Positions 18,491 to 31,659 of a stretch of 64,000 bases of DNA are shown here, in pieces (position 1 is the first letter of the stretch; every line of letters begins with the position of its first letter). Source of the DNA: Eledone cirrhosa (lineage: Eukaryota); the NCBI GenBank assembly GCA_964016885.1, contig OZ024740.1:404054001-404118000 (forward strand), written 5' to 3'. The notes beneath the pieces are model-generated. The model saw only the letters and a list, made by a program, of their open reading frames with translations. It did not search any database and had not been told where the DNA came from. Made by a program: the position numbers and the translations under genes.

Positions 18491-18780
18491 TAATGAAATG
18501 ACAGGAGGCTGGATTTGTGTAAATCCTTGAAAGGTTTATTATACTATGATCATTTCAATGATCATTGAAATGATCATAGTATAATAAACCTTTCAAGGAT
18601 TTACACAAATCCAGCCTCCTGTCATTTCATTATAATATTTAACTCCGTAATAGCACCACCAACTACAAAAACAAAGACGGTTGAACTGCTTTACGTTGAG
18701 TACTCTCTATATTATTGCATTACGATTGACCATACGGAATAGACCAGCTCTATACAGTGGTGAACCTCAAACCTGAATAT
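18484..18780. mobile_element. Perfect ~155-bp palindrome pLTR insertion plus tail (family of 43812-44100)
   Basis: Centre TCAATGATCATTGA at about 18565. The fold-back point lies just 5' of the HHR GAAA. Confidence 0.8.
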
Positions 18781-18786
18781 ATATAT

Positions 18787-19250
18787 ATACGATATTAATA
18801 AATGGAAACTATATTTATAAAACCATATTTATTTCATTATACATATTTCAGGGATACCAAATTAAATTATGGTATGCATTCATCAGACAAAATACAATAT
18901 ATAACAGTTTTACAAATAAGCTTTGACGTACCCTTTTAAAATGCGACCATTATTTTTGGAGGCCATCTGGATGGCCTCTGGATGGCCTCCATCCAGATGG
19001 CCTCCAAAAAGGGTATTTTAAAAGGGTACGTCAAAGCTTATTTGTAAAACTGTTATATATTGTATTTTGTCTGATGAAGGCATACCATAATTTAATTTGG
19101 TATCCCTGAAATATGTATAATGAAATAAATATGGTTTTATAAATATAGTTTCCATTTATTAATATCGTATTCTACTTCAAATACTTGAGTGCTTTATATC
19201 AGTTATAAAAATATTTACTTGTTGTATCCTAACAATTTAAATAGAACTTT

Positions 19251-19255
<5 letters not shown>
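18787..19255. mobile_element. Fold-back pLTR with divergent HHRs (- 18831-18893, + 19064-19126)
   Basis: ATTTTGT-CTGATGA-AGG..CCT-GAAA-TATGTA-TA-ATGAAAT within a ~380-bp inverted repeat. Confidence 0.85.
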
Positions 19256-19297
<42 letters not shown>

Positions 19298-19301
<4 letters not shown>

Positions 19302-19658
19302 AAAAAGGGATGAAATCGAAAATGCAACTGAAGTCTTATTTTTTTTTTAAATATATATATTTATTTGGTTCCTTTACCGGTTTCGCAGTTCTTCTGCTTT
19401 TCAAAAGGTGAGTTGAGATGGAGGGTCTGTGGTTTTTCTCACATCAGATGTGAGAAAAACCACAGACCCTCCATCTCAACTCACCTTTTGAAAAGCAGAA
19501 GAACTGCGAAACCGGTAAAGGAACCAAATAAATATATATATTTAAAAAAAAAATAAGACTTCAGTTGCATTTTCGATTTCATCCCTTTTTCTTTATACTT
19601 CCACTCGTGTAGGACACCTCGGTTATTTTTCATTTTGTAAAAAAAAACTCACTTTCTA
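19298..19658. mobile_element. Fold-back pLTR with two minimal U3-A8 HHRs (- 19371-19408, + 19484-19521)
   Basis: CCTT-TTGAAAA-GCAG-aagaa-CTGC-GAAA-CCGG-TA-AAGG within a near-perfect ~300-bp palindrome. Confidence 0.85.
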
Positions 19659-19708
19659 ATATATATATATATATATATATTTATGCATATGTATATATAT
19701 GAGTGTGC

Positions 19709-19778
<70 letters not shown>

Positions 19779-20001
19779 ATATGTACGTATGTATATGTAT
19801 CGTGTGTATGCGTATATACGTGTCTATATATATATATCTTTATCTTCAACTATATGCATGTGTTTACGTATGTATGTACTATTATATATGTATTTCTATA
19901 TTTTTATATATAATTTTTATATATATATATATATGTGTGTGTATGCGTATATATGTGTTCGTACATATGTTCGTATATATATATATGTGCGTGTGTGTAT
20001 G

Positions 20002-20082
<81 letters not shown>

Positions 20083-20240
20083 ATGTGGAAGGTAAACAGA
20101 AATAACAACACAATTGGTACAGTATATGAAAGGAATATATAAGGTTTACGCTTGAAAAGAGGGTTTGAAGTTTGGACGCTAGTCCTTCATCAGAAGAAAA
20201 AATATATACATATATATGTATATATCTATCTATCTATCTA

Positions 20241-20305
<65 letters not shown>

Positions 20306-20476
20306 GTTCTCCTATATAAAACAAAATTTTCTCACAAAATTAAGTGTATTTTCCTATATATATACATTTGGATGATTATGTGCTATTATTTACGTATTTA
20401 TTCAACTTATATTCAATATTTGCATATTTGTTTATGTGTTTATGTACTGTCTCTTTACTCACATGTATGTATATAC

Positions 20477-20542
<66 letters not shown>

Positions 20543-20544
<2 letters not shown>

Positions 20545-21014
20545 AGGAACGAGTAAGACCCCGACGGCTGAGCTCAAGCCGTTTCGACGGCTAATTCTGG
20601 ACTAAATGAAAATTTATCCTGGTATTTGAATAGCCGAGCTTCTCAAGGGGTAATTCCATATATGGTCAAAGTGTTTGTCACAGGGATTGGTCAAAGTTAG
20701 TAGTTGAGACATAATAATTTTATGATGGCAAATTAGTGGGGGGAAGGGGTAGCTAAACCTGCCAGTAGGAGAAAGAGGGAGATGGGGTGGAGTAGACCCA
20801 TTCATGCGTTGGTAGTGCCGGCTACAGCTGGGCGTGAGGTCAGAGAAGATACTAGGGAGGGGGAGGGGGAGGAAGTCGAAACAGTAGGTAGAACAATGAA
20901 GGGTAAAAATATAAAGAAAATACTGAGTGTTAAAAAGCGAATAAATGTTAAAAAAATATAAACAATTTCTGGTGACTACGACCTAAGTCTATCGCTAAAG
21001 CTAGGCTAAATAAG

Positions 21015-21049
<35 letters not shown>

Positions 21050-21050
21050 G

Positions 21051-21081
<31 letters not shown>

Positions 21082-22775
21082 ATATAAACTAGGTGGGACG
21101 GAATAAAAAAGAGACCCTTTTAAGAGGTATAAGTACGTATATCATACGGTGACGGGTCAACAAAGGAGGGGCCAAAATACTGAAGAAACTACCACGAAAT
21201 AATTAATAAAAGTTTCTACCCCAGGCACAAGGCCAGCAACCACCCAGTGCAAAAAAGTAAATTAGTACGAAAAAATAATTCAGAGTCCCGAAAAAGAATA
21301 CTAATACTAACTCTAAGGGTACCGCCACGATACAAAAGTTCTTATACAAGCTACATGAAAGTTCGTACGAAGTAAAAGTAAAATACGGAAAATTAATTCA
21401 GAACCCCCCCAAAAAATGAATAAATACTGATAAACGAGAAATTAAAGCAAAGATGCCACTGAAAAATATAGAAAGCACGGAAAAAAGGGCAGCGGTCGGA
21501 TGGGGGGGCAAGTATCCGGGGTCTAACACATCTGCTATAAAAAGCGGAGTCGGCCAAATCTATCATAGAATAGGGGAAGGGGTGGGGGTACTGAGGCTAC
21601 AAAGGACCGAAGGGCTGCCTCGGGTGGGCGAGAAAAAGACGACGACAAAGGAAAAGAGCTGGGGTGGAAGGACTAGGGAGGGATGGGGGGAGAAGGAAAT
21701 ATAGAGGAAGCGATAAAAAAATATAAAAGATCTTACGTCTCCCTTATCAAGCAGGGGTTACCCAATACAAAATCGGCAAGTGGGGTGTTATAGCCCTAGT
21801 CGACGCCCCCCCCCCCCGGGTCATTATGGGGTTTGAGGGCGAGGTAAGTCCTACGCAATCTGTGTTTACATGCAGTAACCAGTTCATCTTTCTTGTTTAG
21901 GAGTTGGTCCGTCGAAAACAGCATTTGTAAAGTTTCCTCCGAGCATTAATTGCACGGACGGCGTCCTCCCGTGTAAGAGTTGGCTCTGGACAGTAATCTC
22001 CAAGTGAGATCATAGGTAATGTTGTTATCCTTGAGGTCCCATATGTGGCCCGAAAGTGTAGTAGCGTGACGCCGGGCCGGGTTTCGGAAGGTATGTCTGT
22101 GTTGGTATAGCCGGGTCTTGAAGTCACATGCGGTTAATCCTATATAAGCTTTGTTGGAGGTGTCCGTCCTCACGTTGCACTGGTAGATCACATTACAATC
22201 TCTGCATCTGTTGTCGAGGGGGAAAATGGATCCATCAGGACAGTTGCACCTCCTGGTCGGCTCTCCACTGCTATTTAGGTTATTTCTTCCATCGGGGTTG
22301 AGTTTTTTAACACTCTCAGTATTTTCTTTATATTTTTACCCTTCATTGTTCTACCTACCGTTTCGACTTCCTCCCCCTCCCCTTCCCTAGTATCTTCTCT
22401 GACCTCACGCCCAGCTGTAGCCGGCACTACCAACGCATGAATGGGTCTACTCCACCCCATCTCCCTCTTTCTCCTACTGGCAGGTTTAGCAACCCCTTCC
22501 CCCCACTAATTTGCCATCATAAAATTATTATGTCTCAACTACTAACTTTGACCAATCCCTGTGACAAACACTTTGACCATATATGGAATTACCCCTTGAG
22601 AAGCTCGGCTATTCAAATACCAGGATAAATTTTCATTTAGTCCAGAATTAGCCGTCGAAAAGGCTTGAGCTCAGCCGTCGGGGTCTTACTCGTTCCTATT
22701 ACCCACTCTACTACCCTAAGTATTGAGTACTTTGGTGCGTTATGGTCCACCTGGTTCCTTACCACATTTCCTTCG

Positions 22776-22778
<3 letters not shown>
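20543..22778 (-). mobile_element. 5'-truncated PLE (GIY-YIG about 21840-22300) with an inverted 5' pLTR (22305-22778)
   Basis: ORF IYQCNVRT..YIGLT..FKTR. 20543-20935 is the reverse complement of 22305-22700. HHRs at 20558-20651(-) and 22591-22684(+). Confidence 0.9.
22591..22684 (+). ncRNA. Type I HHR with U3-A8 core, long stem II and GUC site
   Basis: ACCCC-TTGAGAA-GCTCGGCTA..TAGCCGTC-GAAA-(A)GGCT-tgagctc-AGCCG-TC-GGGGT. The inverted copy at 20558-20651 has an intact CGGCT stem III. Confidence 0.75.
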
Positions 22779-22841
<63 letters not shown>

Positions 22842-23493
22842 ATTTACATGGTTTTATGTATATGTATGTCTTTTTGTACGGATATACATATATATATAAA
22901 TATGCCTGTGTGTACATGAGTATATGTGTATATATATATATATATATATGTATATGTATAATTATATATATATATATATGTATGCGAATGTATTTCTCTA
23001 TGTATGTATTTGTATGTATATCTTCAGACACAAAAATATGACGTTCATATACATAAATAAAGTCAAATATAAAAAATACATTCCAAGGCTGTGACATTAA
23101 AAATGATAACAAGTATACATCCGACCAGACAGCCGAAAAAAATAAAGAATAAAATTAGAAAATAAATATTAACATATATAAACTGAAAAGCAGGAAGCGG
23201 CCGGACAGGTACAAGTTCGTATATATATATATATATATATGTGCGTGTGTGTTTGTGTTATATATATATATATATATATATATATGTAGAAGGTATATGT
23301 ACGTTCTCCTATATAAAACAAAATGTTCTCACAAAATTAAGTGTATTTTCCTATATATACATATTTGGGTGATTATGTGCCATTATTTACGTATTTATTC
23401 AACTTATATTCAATATTTGCATATTTGTTTATGCGTGTATGTGTGTGTGTGTGTGTATGTATAGGTATATATTCTGTATGTAAGTGTATGTGT

Positions 23494-23609
<116 letters not shown>

Positions 23610-23634
23610 GCATATGTATATATATGTGTGTGCG

Positions 23635-23667
<33 letters not shown>

Positions 23668-23890
23668 ATATGTACGTATGTATATGTATTGTGTGTATGC
23701 GTATGTACGTGTCTATATATATATCTTTATCTTCAACTATATGCACGTGTTTACGTATGTATGTACTATTATATATGTATTTCTATAATTTTATATATCA
23801 TTTTTATATATATACATGTGTGTGTGTATGCGTGTATATGTGTTCATACATAAGTTCGTATATATATATATATATGTGCGTGTGTGTATG

Positions 23891-23992
<102 letters not shown>

Positions 23993-24166
23993 GAAGGTAA
24001 ACAGAAATAACAACACAATCGGTACAGTATATGAAAGGAATATATAAGGTTTACGCTTGAAAAGAGGGTTTGACGTTTGGACGCTAGTCCTTCATCAGAA
24101 GAAAAAATATATACATATATATGTATATATCTATCTATCTATCTATATATCTATATATATATATAT

Positions 24167-25686
24167 ATATAAAGGACGTAAAATAAGAAAATATTTTTTA
24201 AAAAAAAATTTAAAAAAATTTTTTTACTTACTTAAATTTTCACTCCAACTAATTAGTTTCTGCAATGGATTGCCTGGAGACTTAACTGAGAATAGACTCC
24301 CTGATGACGCAATGAATTCTCGACAGTTGGATTACGTAACTGTCTTTATCCCATTGCAGAAACTAATTAGTTGGAGTGAAAATTTAAGTAAGTAAAAAAA
24401 TTTTTTTAAATTTTTTTTAAAAAATATTTTCTTATTTTACGTCCTTTATATTATTGTTCTGCATTCTCCTGCATTGAACCACCTAGGTACTATGACATAA
24501 CCTGTGTATTTGCTGGCATGGGCGTGCATCTGTGCGCTTATGTTAGTTGATATATTAAATTATCTATATTTATCTCCAAATCACTGATTTGTCGAGCAAA
24601 CTTGTCAAAACCACTTCTAAAAAAATTTTTTTTTGGGGTGTTAGTAGGCGTCAGTCATCTTACCATCCCATTCCTTCTAACTAGCCTCTGTGTCACGTGA
24701 TTGATTCTTTAGAATCGGCCATTTGACTTGAAGCAGTGAGAATTTCGGTACATAGAATCCAGTCCTCGCAAGCTGTTCGATCTACCGAATTATTATTATT
24801 TTTATATGAGCCGCCAGTGTCCGCGCATTGCCTGGAGACTTAACTGAGAATAGACTCCCTGATGACGCAATGAATTCTCGACAGTTGGATTACGTAACTG
24901 TCTTTATCCCATTGCAGAAACTAATTAGTTGGAGTGAAAATTTAAGTAAGTAAAAAAATTTTTTTAAATTTTTTTTAAAAAATATTTTCTTATTTTACGT
25001 CCTTTATATTATTGTTCTGCATTCTCCTGCATTGAACCACCTAGGTACTATGACATAACCTGTGTATTTGCTGGCATGGGCGTGCATCTGTGCGCTTATG
25101 TTAGTTGATATATTAAATTATCTATATTTATCTCCAAATCACTGATTTGTCGAGCAAACTTGTCAAAACCACTTCTAAAAAAATTTTTTTTTTGGGGGTG
25201 TTAGTAGGCGTCAGTCATCTTACCATCCCATTCCTTCTAACTAGCCTCTGTGTCACGTGATTGATTCTTTAGAATCGGCCATTTGACTTGAAGCAGTGAG
25301 AATTTCGGTACATAGAATCCAGTCCTCGCAAGCTGTTCGATCTACCGAATTATTATTATTTTTATATGAGCCGCCAGTGTCCGCGCATTGCCTGGAGACT
25401 TAACTGAGAATAGACTCCCTGATGACGCAATGAATTCTCGACAGTTGGATTACGTAACTGTCTTTATCCCATTGCAGAAACTAATTAGTTGGAGTGAAAA
25501 TTTAAGTAAGTAAAAAAATTTTTTTAAATTTTTTTTAAAAAATATTTTCTTATTTTACGTCCTTTATATTATTGTTCTGCATTCTCCTGCATTGAACCAC
25601 CTAGGTACTATGACATAACCTGTGTATTTGCTGGCATGGGCGTGCATCTGTGCGCTTATGTTAGTTGATATATTAAATTATCTATA
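24167..25686 (+). mobile_element. Retrozyme-like tandem array: ~2.5 units of 558-560 bp, each with an HHR, preceded by an inverted segment
   Basis: Near-identical units with HHRs at 24296-24377, 24854-24935 and 25414-25495. 24167-24268 is the reverse complement of about 24351-24452. Flanked by (TA)n. Confidence 0.9.
24296..24377 (+). ncRNA. Type I HHR (copy 1 of 3)
   Basis: ACTCC-CTGATGA-cGCAATG..GACAGTT..AACTGTC..CATTGCa-GAAA-CTAATTAG-TT-GGAGT. Confidence 0.85.
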
Positions 25687-26003
25687 TATATATATATATA
25701 TATATATATGCGATGAAATACCAATGATCGTTGGCAAATCACTGATGAGGGACTCATTTTATAACATGTAATCCATGTGCAACCATGCAGTATTCTTCTC
25801 CCCATATTTTTCATATATATATATATATGTACGTTCTCCTATATAAAACAAAATGTTCTCACAAAATTAAGTGTATTTTCCTATATATACATATTTGGGT
25901 GATTATGTGCCATTATTTACGTATTTATTCAACTTATATTCAATATTTGCATATTTGTTTATGTGTTTATGTACTGTCTCTTTACTCACATGTATGTATA
26001 TAC

Positions 26004-26070
<67 letters not shown>

Positions 26071-26604
26071 AATTTACATGGTTTTATGTATATGTATGTC
26101 TTTTTGTACGGATATATATATATATATATGCCTGTATGTATATGTGTATATGTGTATATATATATATATATGTATATGTATAATTATATATATATATATA
26201 TGTATGCGAATGTATTTCTCTATGTATGTATTTGTATGTATGTGTGTGTATGTACATATATCTGCGTGCATATGTATGTATATGTGTATGTATGTACATG
26301 TTTATTTTTATTTTTATACATAACGTTTATATATATGTGTATTTACATGTTATATATGTATGCGTCTATGTACATATATATCTGTATGTATGTATGCGGC
26401 TCCGTAGTTACCGATGATGTTGATCTTTTCTTCTTTTCGGGTTATAGCTACTGTCGCTCAGAGAGTGGGATTGGCTCAGTGCACAGTCTTTCCTCACTTT
26501 AAAAAATATCTTCACGCACAGGCATTGCACGATAGAATTAATTAATTATTATTAATAATGGTATATCGTGCAATGGCCATACACAATAACCAGGGCGCAA
26601 CCAT

Positions 26605-26649
<45 letters not shown>

Positions 26650-26652
<3 letters not shown>

Positions 26653-26885
26653 GGTAAACGGAATAGAAAATGACAAATTGTTCACAGGAAAAACAGTTTA
26701 ATTAGGAATAAGTGATAATTAGTAATAATATTGGTTAGTATTAAGTTTTGGTTTTAAGTTTTACCGGTTGCGCATTTCTAATGCTTTTCAAAGATAATTT
26801 TGAGATAGAGCGTCCCTGATGTTTGCTCTGATCATTTTCTATTCCGTTTACCAATATATCATAACTTGTGTGTTACACCTCTATT

Positions 26886-26890
<5 letters not shown>
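26650..26890. mobile_element. pLTR fragment with 22-bp inverted ends and a decayed U3-A8 HHR on the - strand (about 26758-26796)
   Basis: TGGTAAACGGAATAGAAAATGA and its reverse complement bound the fragment. The minus strand reads TTGAAAA-GCAT-tagaa-ATGC-GCAA-CCGG-TA. Confidence 0.55.
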
Positions 26891-28278
<1,388 letters not shown>

Positions 28279-28445
28279 GAGAGAGAGAGAGATACACGGG
28301 GGTGTATGATTGTGTATAGACGATTATATTAATAAGAGGAATTCCAACTTTGTCTGATGTACTCGTTTTATTTACAATCCTTTAAAATTTATAATGGTAT
28401 TATAATGAAATAGTATGATAGAATATTAAATGTTAAGTGTTAATT

Positions 28446-28482
28446 GAACAAGTACTTTCATGCTTTCGCAATCTTCAGGTTC
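28446..28482 (-). ncRNA. Minimal type I HHR in the 3' pLTR
   Basis: GAAC-CTGAAGA-TTGC-gaaa-GCAT-GAAA-GTAC-TT-GTTC. Confidence 0.8.
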
Positions 28483-28865
28483 TTAATGTGTGGTGACAGT
28501 CAAGTTTGCAATTTTTAACTGTAATGAGATGGGTAAATTTTGTACCTTATATACAGTTAAAAGTGGCTCCAGAATGCTAAATCTTGCAAACTGTATTTCG
28601 ACCAATTGGTGTGTAGTTTCACTGAATTACTAAAGCTGATTGGTTTAGGCGTCACGGTTGGTTGAGCATGTCTAACGACCACTACTTGATCCTATCCAAA
28701 GCATCAATTGTTTTGCTATTTTTAGAAATGACGAAAATAGCATTTTCTAATAATCATCACTATCAACATCACTTTTATTATTATTATTATTGTTGTTGTT
28801 GTTGTTAGTGGTCGTAGTCGACATGGTCGTAGTCATAGTCATATAAGGAGAAATATATCCCATTA

Positions 28866-31166
28866 TTATTGTTCATTTAGCTTGGGTTTGAATTTATCAA
28901 TAAAATTCTTTTCTTTGATTTTTCTCTTGATTTCACTTGGGCTGTGTAATTTGTAGAATGGGAATATTATAAATATTCCCTGACCACATGTTGCTAGATG
29001 GTTACTTAGGGGTATCTGACGGACATTTGGGTCTCTGATTTGCTGTCGGTGTACCCGTGCACGTTCCGATAGTGCATTTCCAGTTTGACGGACATATAGT
29101 TCTTCACAATTCGGGCATTTAATACAGTAAATTAGATTTCTGCTTTTGCAGTTCATATTTGCATTTGGGAATATTTTTCCAGTTTTTGTTTTCATATATT
29201 GACCGGCGTGAATGGATTGACATGTGCCGCATAGACTATCATTGCATTTAGATACAGTGAATGATTGGTCATTGTTGTTAAGGTCAAACTTTGCTTTTGT
29301 TAGTAATTGCTTCAAATTTTTCGGCTGTCTTTTACTAAGAGTCAAAGATCGATCTGTGATTAAGCCTTTTAATTCATTACTTTGAGCAATGATCGGTAGG
29401 TTTGCTTTGGCAGTGTTGAAGATATTCTGGTGACATGGGTTGTGTGTCATTATAAATGGTATGACCAGTTCTTGGTTTCTTCTTCCTTGGGTTGTCCTAA
29501 GTTGTTGTATAGGTATTTTTATAGCCCGCTGTATGCCATTTTCTATAAGTAGAGAGGGGTATTTTTGTTTGAGCAAAATTTCTCTTAGTTCTGTTAGGCG
29601 TTTGTACCTGGTATTCGTATCTTCTACAATGGTACAAATTCTTCTGGGTAGGCAGTATGGGATGTTGCGTTTTGTATGAGGTGGATGGCACGACTTAAAA
29701 TTCAGATATTGAGGGGTGTCTGTGTGTTTATAATATATATCCGTGGTAATGGTGGTGTCGTTTTTGATTATCATTATATCTAGGAATAGTAATTTGGTCC
29801 TACTCATCTCTTTTGTGAATTGGAGAGATGGGTGTAGGTTATTCAGGAGGATATTGAACTCATCCAGAGTATCTAGAGATTCTGTCCAGATGATGAAACA
29901 GTCGTCAAGGTATCTCTTCCAAGATTTTTCAATGTACTTTCTAAAGTCAGTACTATATTTTTCCTCTATTTCTTGGTAGAGTTGTTGTTCTAAGTATCCC
30001 ATTACTGAGTTCGCGTAAACGGGAGCAAACTTCGTTCCCATCGCTGTGCCTATAATTTGGATGTAATTCTTTCCATTGAAGAAGAAAGTGTTGTTTTCCA
30101 GAATAAGTTTAACTGCGTCTAATATAAATGGCGCTGTGAATCTGATGGGAATCACTTCTCTATGTTTTTCCACCCAGTATTTAACCGCCTTCATTCCTAA
30201 ATCATGTGTAATGTTGGTGTAAAGCTTACCACATCAAAACTAAGTAGAAGTGAATTCGTTTCCGTGGTTTTGGGAAGAAGGGACAGGAAGTCGATATCAT
30301 CCCGGATGAAACTGGGTATGTGAATACATAGTGATTTCAAAATAATGTCAACAAAATTGCTTAGACGGTGGTGGGGCATGCTGGACCAGCTATAATAGGT
30401 CTAAGTTTTAAGTCTTTTGGGTGTAGTAATTTAATGTACTCACTGTTTTGTTCTCTTACTGCCAGTTGTATTTCTTTTGACTTATGAACTTTCGGTAGGC
30501 CATAGAGGTTGCTGGGTTTTGGTTCAAAATTGGTGATGTAGTCTCTTTCCTTATCAGTAAGTGAGTTGTGGTATTTTGAAGCCAGGTTGTTGATCTTCTT
30601 CATGATGTTGTGGTCTATATTTGACGGTATTTCATGATAGAATGTTGTGTCTTTCAGTTGTTCCTCAACCAAATCCTTGTAGTATTCAGCATCCATTATA
30701 ACAACTGCACCCCCTTTATCTGCTTGTTTAATTATTATTGTTTTATCATTTTGTATACGTTTAAGTGCAGACATTTCTGATTTGTTAATGTTTGGCCTAA
30801 CATTAGTATTACGTCTAAGATGAAATTAAGACAGGATGTCAATGTATTGGTCGAGATAGATATTTCTTCCTTTTGGCGGAGTGAAATTTGATTTATTCTT
30901 TACTAGTGATTCATCACTCTCATTACTTTTATCAGCGAAGAATTCTACAAGACGTAGTTTTCGACAGAATTCTTGGGTATCCTCCTTCAGTTCTTGGTGG
31001 TTGACTGTTGGAGTCGGTGTGAATTTCAGTCCTTTTGACAGAATTTGCATTTCATCATTGTCAAGATCTCTTTTGGATAAATTAATTATTTTAGGATCTA
31101 CGTGTACAGTTGTTTTGGGTATGTTTCCTCCTGGAGTTTTTCTTTTTCCGGTTTTTGTTGTCCTGA
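28866..31166 (-). pseudogene. PLE Pol (RT, Cys-rich linker, GIY-YIG) with several frameshifts
   Basis: IINLS..ILSKGLKFTP, ADKGGAVVIMD, LYGLPKVHK, LRPIIAG, SFDVVS, GTAMGTKFAP, RYLDDCF, CNDSLCGTC, LIYCIKC..YVRQTG. Confidence 0.9.
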
Positions 31167-31230
31167 ACTACGGTAATAACTCGGTAATAACTCTTCGCTT
31201 TTTCTACAAAAACACCCTATCGCACACAAC

Positions 31231-31655
31231 ATGAACAAAAAGCACAAACACGATAGATATTCCTTTGACCAGATCATGATAAGTAGTAAAACCAGGAGAT
31301 CATTATCAAGATCTCAACAGAGACTACCCACAAGGAATGGGGAAACAAAACGTAGAATAACCAGATCACTCTCAAGATCTCAACAGAGATTACCCACAAG
31401 AAACTGGGCGAAAAAACGATCTAAACCTGAAAGCAAACCTAGGTCATTTCCCCAGATTGTTAAAAATAATGCTAACAAGAAATTGAAAAATAATATACAT
31501 AATACCAAAAATAGGACAAAATTCATAACGAAACCAAATATAATATCACGACCAAAAGTTCATCAAGCGAACACCAACGGGAATATAAATCCTGAACAGA
31601 GAAAAATCCATTTTTTAACGTCAGGACAACAAAAACCGGAAAAAGAAAAACTCGA
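31231..31655 (+). CDS. Basic Arg/Lys/Ser-rich ORF1 fragment of the Neptune-like PLE (inverted 5' part)
   Basis: Duplicated RSLSRSQQRLPTRN motif. The 3' end overlaps the start of the Pol-coding segment. Slippery TTTTTTA at 31611-31617. Confidence 0.55.
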
Positions 31656-31659
31656 TATT

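Larger units (their letters stand above)
28290..31655 (-). mobile_element. Neptune-like PLE with a 5' inversion (31167-31655 on + strand)
   Basis: Frameshifted Pol plus a 3' HHR. 31621-31653 is the reverse complement of 31134-31166. Confidence 0.88.
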
